This document shows, piece by piece, positions 9,403 through 18,124 of a DNA stretch of 21,602 nt (position 1 is its first letter; each line of letters starts with the position of its first letter). The position numbers were made by a program, and so were the translations under genes. Under the pieces are notes generated by a model. That model was not told the origin of the DNA. It searched no databases and saw nothing but the letters and a program-made list of their open reading frames with translations. The DNA lies in contig CAZHRF010000047.1 of NCBI GenBank assembly GCA_964534625.1, positions 1 to 21,602 of the forward strand, in the 5' to 3' direction. This DNA comes from an uncultured archaeon. GTDB lineage: Archaea; Asgardarchaeota; Heimdallarchaeia; Heimdallarchaeales; Heimdallarchaeaceae.

Positions 9403-10359
9403 TTAGGATATACAAATAGTTCTTACTAATTCATACTTAACCCACGATAATGAATTTTCATTACTTCCAACAAATACTCTTGGAATTTTAAATAAGTTCA
9501 AGGGCTCATTTATCCTAATCCACCTTCTGCCAATTATAACCGCGGTTTTATATCCAGCTTTTCTTACTGCTTCTACTATTTCTTCGTTAAAATCTCCATT
9601 AGGATAGGCAAAATGTTTTATTTCATGTTTTAATAAATTTTCTAGATGTTTTTTGGATTCAACTATCTCCTTTCTGGCTTCTTGAATTGAAATATTAGTT
9701 AAACAAGGATGATTGACTGTATGAGCACCTATTGTAATACTATCATGCTTATCAATCTCTTTTATCTGATCATTTAACATAACATCAGATGTTGTTGATT
9801 CACAATTATATTCTCGTTCTTTTTTTTCTATAATTTTTAGGGAATCATGGAAAGGGATCTGTTTTAAATGTTTCTTGTCTATACATGCCCCTTTTTCAAT
9901 TAATCTATCTACTCTAGAAAACCAAAACTCATAAAAACCATCATTTTTTATTCCACCAGTAGTAATGTAATGAATTACAGGAATTTCTTCCTTTTTTATA
10001 ATTGGAAAGATATTTTGATAAAATGATCTACTTCCATCATCAAAAGAAATAACTAATGATGGCTTCGTTATTTCTTCATTATTTTTAAATTGTTCATAAA
10101 GCTCATTAAATGAGATGAATTGAAATTTCTTTTTTAGAAATTTTAAGTGTCTAGCAAATCTTTCTTTTTTACATTCATGGTACAATAGAATACCAATTTT
10201 TGAACTTAAATTTCTATTTAACACTTTAAAAATTAAATCAAAAAATCTACAATTATCAAGGAATTGAATACTAAGTCCAAATACTCTTTCTTTTTTATTA
10301 AGCATAAAATTAATAGAGATCGTCTTTATTTTAATTTTCCCATGAACTTCAAAGTTCAT
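9403..10359 (-). CDS. Polysaccharide deacetylase (NodB/CE4, IcaB/PgaB-like)
   Basis: ILLYH, ISFDDG, IGAHTVNHPCL, HFAYPNG and IPRV motifs. The start could be 10305. Confidence 0.93.
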   Translation of the reverse strand: MNFEVHGKIKIKTISINFMLNKKERVFGLSIQFLDNCRFFDLIFKVLNRNLSSKIGILLYHECKKERFARHLKFLKKKFQFISFNELYEQFKNNEEITKPSLVISFDDGSRSFYQNIFPIIKKEEIPVIHYITTGGIKNDGFYEFWFSRVDRLIEKGACIDKKHLKQIPFHDSLKIIEKKEREYNCESTTSDVMLNDQIKEIDKHDSITIGAHTVNHPCLTNISIQEARKEIVESKKHLENLLKHEIKHFAYPNGDFNEEIVEAVRKAGYKTAVIIGRRWIRINEPLNLFKIPRVFVGSNENSLSWVKYELVRTICIS

Positions 10360-10491
10360 CTCAGTGCATTATAAGGTGTTACAACAGCCTAGAGCGGTGG
10401 TTTGGCGGTCTTTTGTGTATTACTACGGATATGAAAGACAGTAACAAGAAATAAGTTGATTATAATTCTTATTTGTCCGAAGTAAATAGTT

Positions 10492-10837
10492 TTTCACTAA
10501 ATCAACACTGTTAACACTATAAAATGAAGTTACGCTGAGCATGTGATAAAGCATGAAAGAACAACAGAACATTGGAAATGATTAGGAAAAGAGTATTTAA
10601 AAAACTTTCGAAGGAGCGAATAAAACGCATCTTGCATGAGAATACCTGATCGGTCGGTAGATGATCTATAAATGGATAGAAAAATATAAAGAAAATGTAA
10701 CATGAGACTAGTGGGAATAACGCTCGCGGGCACCAAAAAACCTCAAACGAAAAGTAACCTTAGAAATAAAAGAGAAAATTCTCCAAGCACGAGAAGAAGG
10801 AGAGTTAAATATCGTAAAAATCCCGGTCGTCTTACAA
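10492..10837 (+). pseudogene. Second, more degraded IS481-like relic (5' portion)
   Basis: Collinear nucleotide similarity to about 3101-3447 (ttcactaaa.caaca..gttaaca.tataaa.tgaagttac.ctgagcatgtgata; gaaggagcgaataaaac), with stops and frameshifts. Confidence 0.85.
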
Positions 10838-11110
10838 ATAACTGATGAAAACCTTTTCCGTTTTGATAGACAACGTACACCATAATTCAACTGCACCTTG
10901 TGGGTGTTTTTCGTTAAAAACTAGTTCCATACGTTCCATACTGATTAGAGTGTGTGGGAGAATGATCTTTAATACTGTCGGTTCATTCGTTTAAAATGTA
11001 TTAGAATGGCTTTCAAAAATAGATCCGAGTATAAATAAGTAAAAAAATGGTATACGCTGTTTTTCACCTTGTTATTTTTATCATCTATGGATGTTCTATT
11101 TTATGTTTAA

Positions 11111-11532
11111 AAAAAGTTTCGTACGGTATGGTATGGCAGACTACCGTATCCCCGCACAACGTCCATTTTAGAGGGTCTCCACAGCAAAGTCAAAAAAACG
11201 TTAGGTAAATGGGGGTGGATTAATGAACACTCAAAGTACGTTTCACTGGACTGCAATTACTCTCTCGTTTCTGGATTGCTTACAATCATTTACTGGGGTA
11301 GAATCGTTTCGTTACCTCTTTTCTTTGTTTCCCCTTCAGTATTGGTTAATTGCGGTTCAAACTATTCGGAACCGAATAGTAGCAAAACTTCGCCACCAAC
11401 AATTTGCCTCGCACCTGCTTTCTTTCAGTCCCTCGACAGTTTGGGTTAAACTTGGGCAGTATCTCACTCAAGCCTTACCTCAAGGGGGTGGTTAACTAAA
11501 GAAACGTCTGTATCATGATAACTATACGTTAA
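11111..11532 (+). mobile_element. Relic of an unclassified IS: frameshifted transposase C-terminus (includes ORF 11223-11495) plus conserved end, copy 2
   Basis: The upstream frame reads YGRLPYPRTTSILEGLHSKVKKTLGKW, a PRT(T/N)xxLE transposase-like motif. It joins GGLMNTQST… by a 1-nt shift in the G5 run at 11211-11215. The end 17-mer TGATAACTATACGTTAA is at 11516-11532. Confidence 0.72.
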
Positions 11533-11546
11533 AATTACTAAGATTG

Positions 11547-12716
11547 TTACTTAAAAGAACTCGTTCCTTTTATAATGCTTTTATATTTATCATACATTTT
11601 TTCACCTATTTCTTTCCAAAGAAAAACTTTGCATTTTTTCTTTTTCTGCTTTGTCTTTGCTAATTTATTGAATATTTTTACAAGTTCATTTGGTTTTTTG
11701 GGATCAAATAAAAAATCAGTTTTTTCTTTGAAATATCTAGCACATCCCACATCACTTGATATAAATGGGGTAACATAGTACTTTGCTTCTAATAATGCTA
11801 GTTGGCATGCCTCACTATAACTAGATGAAATATAGTAATCACCGTATTTATAGAATGCTATTAAATCTTCGAAATCTACTCTACCTAAGATAACAGCGTT
11901 TAGTTTTTCTGTTCTTATTAATTTTTCTAAACACTTTTTATAATAAGCTCCAACACAGTATGCTTTTGAACCTATTATAAAGAATTTTATTCTGATATTA
12001 TTACTAATAGATAGTGCTTTTAGAGTTTCATGTTGAGCTTTTCTATAAGATAATGCCCCAACCGAAAAGGTTACTATCTCATTTTTCATGATATTATATT
12101 TTTTTTCAAACTCTTTTTTACTTATTGTAGGCTTTGGTAATTGTTGTATACCATTCGGTAAGAAATATATGTTCTCTTTCTTGATTCCATATCGAGTTAA
12201 ATCAGTTTTAATTTTCTTTGACATTGCGTGATAAAAGTATGTTTTATCTAAGTTTTTCAAACGGTACCATCTACAAACATTTGACCATAAAGTGTCAATA
12301 AATCCAAAAATCCCTGGTACAATGGTGTTTTTATATGAAAATGATGGTAGGTCATGAAATGTTATCAATATATTAGTTTTTTGGCTTTGTTTAATTTTAA
12401 ATGAAAAACCTCCATAAGAGTGAACATGTACAATATCATAATCCTCTAACTTTATTAGTTTATTTATTTTTCTTCTAATAATTATATTTTCATATATAAA
12501 ATTGAAAACAGGTATTTTTAGTCTTGGATTGTATGTAATTATTTTTATCTTATTTTTTTTATACTCGTGTAATATTTTATTATTTATTTTTATTTTATCA
12601 GTTATTATTGTTATATCCAATTTTTTTGATAATAGTGATCTTAATAAATTGTAAGCTGCAAATTGAGCCCCACCCGAGGGGTTCAATAAACCTTTTGAAA
12701 AATATAAAACTTTCAT
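11547..12716 (-). CDS. Glycosyltransferase family 4
   Basis: MKVLYF…GGAQ, DIVHVH, ITFHD, LPNGI, VGALSYRK and EX7E motif EACQLALLE. The ATG at 12716 is preferred over GTG 12764. Confidence 0.93.
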   Translation of the reverse strand: MKVLYFSKGLLNPSGGAQFAAYNLLRSLLSKKLDITIITDKIKINNKILHEYKKNKIKIITYNPRLKIPVFNFIYENIIIRRKINKLIKLEDYDIVHVHSYGGFSFKIKQSQKTNILITFHDLPSFSYKNTIVPGIFGFIDTLWSNVCRWYRLKNLDKTYFYHAMSKKIKTDLTRYGIKKENIYFLPNGIQQLPKPTISKKEFEKKYNIMKNEIVTFSVGALSYRKAQHETLKALSISNNIRIKFFIIGSKAYCVGAYYKKCLEKLIRTEKLNAVILGRVDFEDLIAFYKYGDYYISSSYSEACQLALLEAKYYVTPFISSDVGCARYFKEKTDFLFDPKKPNELVKIFNKLAKTKQKKKKCKVFLWKEIGEKMYDKYKSIIKGTSSFK

Positions 12717-12737
12717 GAGATTTTTTATTACTTTATC

Positions 12738-12744
12738 TTTAAAA
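12738..12744 (-). promoter_or_regulatory. Putative archaeal TATA box (TTTTAAA) for the leaderless GT4 gene
   Basis: About 22 bp upstream of ATG 12716 and preceded by an A-rich BRE-like stretch. Confidence 0.4.
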
Positions 12745-12974
12745 GTTTTAGCAAATAAAAACACAATTCACATATTTGGTTGCCTTAAAAATTACCATGT
12801 TAATAAAGGGTATTCAAACACCTTAGATTGTATTTCGATTAAACCATAAGCGGAAACTAAAATTGTATTGGAAGAAATACAATACCAAACGTTTATGCTG
12901 TTGTAAAGTGATGCGTTTACGTAAGGGAACGAGTATGAGTTTGGTAAAGCAAAAGACATGTTCAACAGCTGCTT

Positions 12975-13330
12975 TAAGGCCTATTCTAAGCACTTTTTAC
13001 CAGTAACGTCCGACAACTGGTATAGGTGGTATAGAGTCGAACTGGGCGGTCTCAGGGTGAATCTGTTTCCTAGTCACTATAATTGGATTTTGGTTCAATG
13101 ACAAGGTAAACTCCTTCTTTAGTAAATGTCCATCAAATTTTTCATGTTGGTGGATTCTATCTCCATAAAACCATTTGAATGATTTGATCACACTTTTCCC
13201 CAATCTTTTTAAAAACTTTGGAACTTCGTTTTGTACCTATTTCTCGTAAGTCACAAATGCATTTCTAATCCCTCAGATTTTCCCTTGCTTCTAATGGATT
13301 CACCTCAAACTAGGGGTGAAAAAAACATAT
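12975..13330 (-). mobile_element. Degenerate IS66-like left end with decayed internal sequence
   Basis: 13311-13330 TAGGGGTGAAAAAAACATAT resembles the reverse complement of 17879-17897. The adjacent DNA has higher GC and broken reading frames. The inner boundary is uncertain. Confidence 0.4.
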
Positions 13331-13431
13331 AATATATTTCCTTTAAAGAAAAACAACTAACTCCTTTAATATTCAAAACATTCTAGATTTCAAACTAAAA
13401 TAGTATTTCTAGATTTTAGAATCATTTTACT

Positions 13432-13446
13432 AGAAAGATTTTATAA
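13432..13446 (+). promoter_or_regulatory. Putative archaeal BRE/TATA promoter (AGAAAGA-TTTTATAA)
   Basis: The TATA ends about 23 bp before ATG 13469 and there is no SD, consistent with a leaderless transcript. Confidence 0.55.
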
Positions 13447-13468
13447 TGCTGCCACCATCTTTTGTTAA

Positions 13469-14659
13469 ATGACTAAATTTAAGGGAAAAATAGAAAAATT
13501 GTTTCCAGGATTGTTTTTTATAGTATTAATTACTTTTTTTATTTGGATTTTTTTTGAAGGTTTTAAATTTTATATCACCTCAATAATCTCTGTCTTTTAT
13601 TGGGAAGGCTTATCAATTATAAATGGCATTATTCTTATAATTTATATATTACTTTATTCTATATTATTAATATACTTGCTTCTTTTAGTTTGGGAATTTT
13701 TCTTTACAAAACATGATCCTATTTTACTACCTAAAATTAAATATGAATTATCAGATAAAGAAAAAGAGAAATTATTTGTGATGATACCTGCTTACAATGA
13801 GGAAGATTCAATCGAAACAGCAATCCATGATGTTCGGAAGCATTGTTCTCAAATTGTTGTAGTTGATGATGGTTCAACCGATAGTACATACAATAAAGCC
13901 AAATCTACAGGCGTGGTAATAGTCAAGCATTCTATGAATATGGGTTTAGGTCAAGCTTATAAAGATGGTTTAAATAAGTGCATTGATCTTGGTGCAGAGA
14001 TTGTAGTGGTTTATGATGCAGACAGACAGTTTCTTGCTGAAGATATTCCAATTATGGCTTATTATATTCTAAATCAAGATTATGAATTAATACTTGGATC
14101 TCGTTTCAAAGGTGAAATAGAAGAAATGTCATCATTCAAGAAAATTGGGAACAAAACTTATACTCAATTAGTAAGGTTTTTAACTAAAACAGGCTATAGT
14201 GACGCACAAACAGGTTTTCGTGCTATTAGATCTGATTTTGCAAGAAGATTGACTTTAAGAGGTGGTTTTAATATTGCCCAAGAAATGCTTATTGAAGCAT
14301 ATTATAAACGAGCTAAGATTGGAGAAATACCTGTAATAGTTGAAAAAAATAAAAGAGAAGATGGAAAATCTCGATTAATAAAAAATCCTCTTGATTATGC
14401 TTTCAAAACTAGTCATCACTTGTTGAAGGTTTATTTGGATTTAAAACCATTATATATTTCATCAATATTTTTTTCAGTCTTGTTCATTAATGGGAGCATA
14501 TTGATATTTATAACAATCATCAATGCAACCATCTATCAAATTCAAAGTTTAAGTTTCTTGCTTATTGGTTTGATATTGATACTCCTCTCATTTTTCATAA
14601 TAATAATCGGTTATTATTTTGAAGCTAATAGTAAAACGAGACAATTTTATATTGAATAA
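13469..14659 (+). CDS. Glycosyltransferase family 2, dolichol-phosphate glycosyltransferase (DPM1-like), with N- and C-terminal TM segments
   Basis: IPAYNEE, VVVDDGSTD, NMGLG, YDADRQ, ILGSRF and DAQTGFRA motifs. Confidence 0.92.
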   Translation: MTKFKGKIEKLFPGLFFIVLITFFIWIFFEGFKFYITSIISVFYWEGLSIINGIILIIYILLYSILLIYLLLLVWEFFFTKHDPILLPKIKYELSDKEKEKLFVMIPAYNEEDSIETAIHDVRKHCSQIVVVDDGSTDSTYNKAKSTGVVIVKHSMNMGLGQAYKDGLNKCIDLGAEIVVVYDADRQFLAEDIPIMAYYILNQDYELILGSRFKGEIEEMSSFKKIGNKTYTQLVRFLTKTGYSDAQTGFRAIRSDFARRLTLRGGFNIAQEMLIEAYYKRAKIGEIPVIVEKNKREDGKSRLIKNPLDYAFKTSHHLLKVYLDLKPLYISSIFFSVLFINGSILIFITIINATIYQIQSLSFLLIGLILILLSFFIIIIGYYFEANSKTRQFYIE

Positions 14660-14667
14660 TTTTTTTT
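14660..14667 (+). terminator. Putative oligo-U terminator
   Basis: T8 run immediately after the GT2 stop codon. Confidence 0.35.
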
Positions 14668-14710
14668 GTTTAATCGTTCCTGAATCCTCATGAATTTTTT
14701 CTTTTAATTT

Positions 14711-14815
14711 AGTACTTCCAAACTAAGAAAAAATATTAGTTAAAAAATATGTAGATGATGGTTTAATCCCTTTTTCAATAAACTTGATGGATGGAGCTGC
14801 TATTTCGGAAGTACT
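14711..14815. mobile_element. Possible ~105-bp MITE-like relic with AGTACTTCC inverted ends
   Basis: AGTACTTCCAAACTA (14711-25) versus the reverse complement of 14801-15, AGTACTTCCGAAATA (13/15). The right end recurs at 7987-8002. CAGTAC ends resemble the ISH3 family. Confidence 0.45.
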
Positions 14816-14937
14816 GATTTTTCAATAATATTCATATCAATTAGATTGGTTTCTTGTATTAGATTCATAATAATAATACCTTTTATAATCCGTCAAAAAA
14901 GAATTAGGGTGAAATCTTTGACAATTTCATCAGATAA

Positions 14938-16173
14938 TCACTGAGAATTCTGATTTATCTCCTCCAATAAAGCATTGACTTTTTTCTTTATGACTTTAAT
15001 TGAATAATTTTCTTCTATATATTTTTTTCCTGTGTCCAAAAAAGTTTTGTAGAATTTCTGATCTTCATACATTTTGATAATCAATTCTGCAAATTCTTCT
15101 GGATTATGACTTGTTGTTAATCCAACATTTGATTTTTCTATTATCTTTTCAACATCTCCACCCTTTGTTGCTATTATAGGTTTGTTCAACATCATATACG
15201 TAAAAAGCTTTGCTGGTATAGCTGTTTTATTAAAGATTCCCTTTTTCATCGGCAAAACGGATATAGAAACACTTTGTAGAAACTCATTATAATCTTCGAG
15301 TGTGAAATGCTTATTTATTACATTAACTCTATTTAATCCTAATTCTTTGATTCCTTTTTCTATATAGCCCTTCAATGGTCCTTTTCCATGAATGATACAA
15401 TTTATATTATAGTTCTTTGACTCAATTATTTGCATCATGTCTAAAATCAATTTAAAATCATACCCTGGTCCTAATATTCCGCTATATACTATATTAAAAT
15501 TCTTATTGGGGTTGCTTATAGTTTCAATATTCTTATTTTTCTTTATAAATCCATTAACATCAAAACCTACCTCTATCAAATGTATTTTTTTAGAGTTTAT
15601 GTTATATTTTTCTATTACTGCTTGCTTTATATTAGAACTAATTGGTGTTATGTAATCACAGTAATTATATGCAAATTTATTGAAGATATCTGCCAATTTT
15701 ACAAGAAAGTTATCTTTTATTAATCCTAATGATACAATTACATCTGGCCAAAAATCATCAACATTCAGTATTAAAGGCTTCCCCATAATCATCTTGTAAA
15801 ATATCCCTGTAATATTCCCAAAGAAATTTGGATTTGTAACCCAGATTAAATCAATGTTTTTAACATATTTAATTGCTTTAGTGGACTTATAACAAAACAG
15901 CAGATAATTGATCATTCTTGCTGAAAATGAATTATGGGGGATTGAAGGCATCTTTAATCTAATAATTGTGATATTATCACTAATATTTTCAAAAAAGATT
16001 TTCTTTTTTTTGTATTTTTCAGGTATGACCCCGTCTGGATAATGTGGTATGGTTGTTATAATGGTTACTTTATATTCTAGTTTTTCAATGCATTTCAGTA
16101 AGTTATTTAATCTTGTAACAGAACCTGCAACATCGGGACTGAAATGTTTTGCTATTATACAAATCTCTTTCAT
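14938..16173 (-). CDS. Glycosyltransferase family 4 (WbuB-like)
   Basis: HFSPD, TTIPHYP, LNVDDFWPD, YSGILG and IPAKLFTYM..KPII motifs. The ATG at 16173 is preferred over TTG 16188. Confidence 0.92.
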   Translation of the reverse strand: MKEICIIAKHFSPDVAGSVTRLNNLLKCIEKLEYKVTIITTIPHYPDGVIPEKYKKKKIFFENISDNITIIRLKMPSIPHNSFSARMINYLLFCYKSTKAIKYVKNIDLIWVTNPNFFGNITGIFYKMIMGKPLILNVDDFWPDVIVSLGLIKDNFLVKLADIFNKFAYNYCDYITPISSNIKQAVIEKYNINSKKIHLIEVGFDVNGFIKKNKNIETISNPNKNFNIVYSGILGPGYDFKLILDMMQIIESKNYNINCIIHGKGPLKGYIEKGIKELGLNRVNVINKHFTLEDYNEFLQSVSISVLPMKKGIFNKTAIPAKLFTYMMLNKPIIATKGGDVEKIIEKSNVGLTTSHNPEEFAELIIKMYEDQKFYKTFLDTGKKYIEENYSIKVIKKKVNALLEEINQNSQ

Positions 16174-16192
16174 AAGTTTAATTAGCAAACCA

Positions 16193-16200
16193 TTATAAAA
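16193..16200 (-). promoter_or_regulatory. Putative archaeal TATA box (TTTTATAA)
   Basis: About 20 bp upstream of ATG 16173. Confidence 0.45.
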
Positions 16201-16335
16201 GACTTATTTTTTCATTTACTATTTTTTAGCTAACATACTTAAGTTAGAAAAATAGAAGATATAACGACCTATTAATGCCTAGAGTCTGTTTTATCATTTT
16301 ATCGTTTCATCAACCAATATGAATTATGGAGTATA

Positions 16336-16498
16336 TTAGTGCCATAAACTAAGTTTCGTCCACCTTTTGTCAGATAAATAAGGAAACCCCCCTTAGTTAA
16401 CTCCCGCTCATAGTCGTTAGAACATGTGGTGGATAATATATTACTCTGGAGTGTCTAGAAAGTTTTGGAAGTCGAAGTGAAATAGAGGCTGGATGGTT
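16336..16498 (-). mobile_element. Right-end relic of a related IS630 element
   Basis: TA followed by ttAGTGCCATAAACTAAGTTTCGTCCACCTTTTGTC resembles the IS630 TIR. The minus strand encodes SISLRLPKLSRHSRVIYYPPH, similar to TIHSRLPHRPRASRVLYTPHP at the end of the intact transposase. Confidence 0.75.
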
Positions 16499-16688
16499 AC
16501 TAGCAACACTGAGTACGTGTCTAAGAGAATTATATAACAATAAATAAGTAGAGTGTACTTAAAACAACTTTTATATACATGAGGATTGATATTAGGGAAG
16601 TAGAAGAACATTCCATCCGTCATTTATAAACGGATTATTTATATATCGGTCTAAATTATTACAGTAAACAAATGTGAGTTGTTAAGAA

Positions 16689-17651
16689 ATGAAAAAAGTT
16701 TTAGTTTGCGGTGCAGGTGGTTTTATTGGTTCTCATTTGGTTAATAAGTTAAAAAATGAAGGTAATTGGGTAAAAGGTGTAGATTTAAAACGACCCCAAT
16801 TCTCAAAAACCAAAGCAGATGAATTTGTAATTGGCGATTTAAGAGAACAAACTGTTGTTCGTAGTGTCATAGATCAAGATATCGACGAAATATATCAGTT
16901 AGCAGCTGATATGGGTGGAGCAGGTTTTGTATTTACTGGTGATAACGATGCAGATATCATGCATAATTCTGCATTAATCAATCTTAATGTTCTTGAACAA
17001 AGTGTTAAGATGAACATTAAGAAAATTTTTTACTCTTCCTCGGCTTGCATTTATCCAGAGTATAATCAACTAGACCCAAATAATCCTAAAACTAGTGAAG
17101 AATCTGCTTATCCAGCTAATCCTGACAGTGAATATGGCTGGGAAAAATTATTTAGTGAAAGAATGTATTTAGCTTTTCATAGAAACTATGGATTAAATAT
17201 TAGAATTGCAAGATTTCACAATATTTTTGGACCTGAAGGTTCTTGGAATGATGGTAGAGAAAAAGCTCCAGCAGCTTTATGTAGAAAAATAGCAATGGCT
17301 TCAGATGAAATAGAAATTTGGGGGGATGGTTTACAAACAAGATCATTTCTTTATATAGACGAATGTTTGGAAGGTGTTCAGAGATTAATGGATTCCGATT
17401 TTATTGGACCTGTTAATATTGGTTCTGAAGAGATGATATCTATAAATCAACTGGCAGAAATAATTATGGACATAGCAAACAAACAATTAAAAATTAAACA
17501 TGTACCAGGTCCAGAAGGTGTTAGAGGACGGAATTCGGATAATAAACTAATTGAAGAAAAATTAAATTGGAAACCCAATTATCCTGTCAAAGAAGGGTTA
17601 AAGAAAACCTATAAATGGATAAAAGAACAAGTAGAAAAAACTAATAAGTGA
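16689..17651 (+). CDS. NAD-dependent epimerase, GDP-mannose 3',5'-epimerase (GME)-like extended SDR
   Basis: GAGGFIG, QLAADMGGAGF, SSACIYPE, YGWEK, RFHNIFGP, GREKAPAALCRK and GPEGVRGRNSDN, which are signature segments of GME-like proteins. Confidence 0.92.
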   Translation: MKKVLVCGAGGFIGSHLVNKLKNEGNWVKGVDLKRPQFSKTKADEFVIGDLREQTVVRSVIDQDIDEIYQLAADMGGAGFVFTGDNDADIMHNSALINLNVLEQSVKMNIKKIFYSSSACIYPEYNQLDPNNPKTSEESAYPANPDSEYGWEKLFSERMYLAFHRNYGLNIRIARFHNIFGPEGSWNDGREKAPAALCRKIAMASDEIEIWGDGLQTRSFLYIDECLEGVQRLMDSDFIGPVNIGSEEMISINQLAEIIMDIANKQLKIKHVPGPEGVRGRNSDNKLIEEKLNWKPNYPVKEGLKKTYKWIKEQVEKTNK

Positions 17652-17878
17652 GGACACCAATTTAATTTTTTTTCTATCCTTCGTTTATTACTAAATTATA
17701 TATATGGAATATATAAAAGGGATCCCAATTCTTTTTGTATTATCCTAGACTTTTCATCATTTTTACTTTCTATATTTAGGTATGTTAATTAGCATTATTA
17801 ATGTTAAAAACTCAAGATTTTTTGGTCTACTTAAATTTTTAAAATTTAAAACTCTGTTCTATACTATACACACACAGA

Positions 17879-18032
17879 GTACGTTTTTCACCCCCTAGGA
17901 GTCAGTTGAAGGGAGAACTGTTGGTGAATATTTCATAAAGTCCGAGTTTTATTGGAAATTGTTTATTTTCTTTACATAAATGTGCCTCCGTTTCTTTATT
18001 AGTCTAATCTAAATAGGGGATGAAACACTTAC
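17879..18032. mobile_element. 154-bp MITE, IS66-like ends
   Basis: 19-bp imperfect TIRs (GTACGTTTTTCACCCCCTA / GTAAGTGTTTCATCCCCTA, 16/19). The flanks CACACAGA and CATATAGA look like a decayed 8-bp target duplication. No ORF. Confidence 0.75.
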
Positions 18033-18124
18033 CATATAGATTTTTTTCTTTCTTTTCCTCATTTTATTTGAGCAGTTTAATTATTCATAATGGATGGAAT
18101 TAAGATAATTTTTCAGATTTGCTT

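Noticed and set aside
10530-10896. Minus-strand ORFs of 68 and 62 aa
   Set aside because: They are antisense to the second IS481 relic.
11489-11534. Integron attC site after the 90-aa ORFs
   Set aside because: The TAAC…GTTA span is only about 40 bp, there is no complementary L''/L' pairing or extended hairpin, and no integrase gene or tandem cassette array is present.
6209-12972. Recurrent CAGCTG palindromes in intergenic DNA (6210, 7979, 12966)
   Set aside because: The motif is too short, the count is near chance, and the flanks are not conserved.
12997-13203. 68-aa ORF
   Set aside because: TTG start, no motif, and it lies within a probable IS relic.
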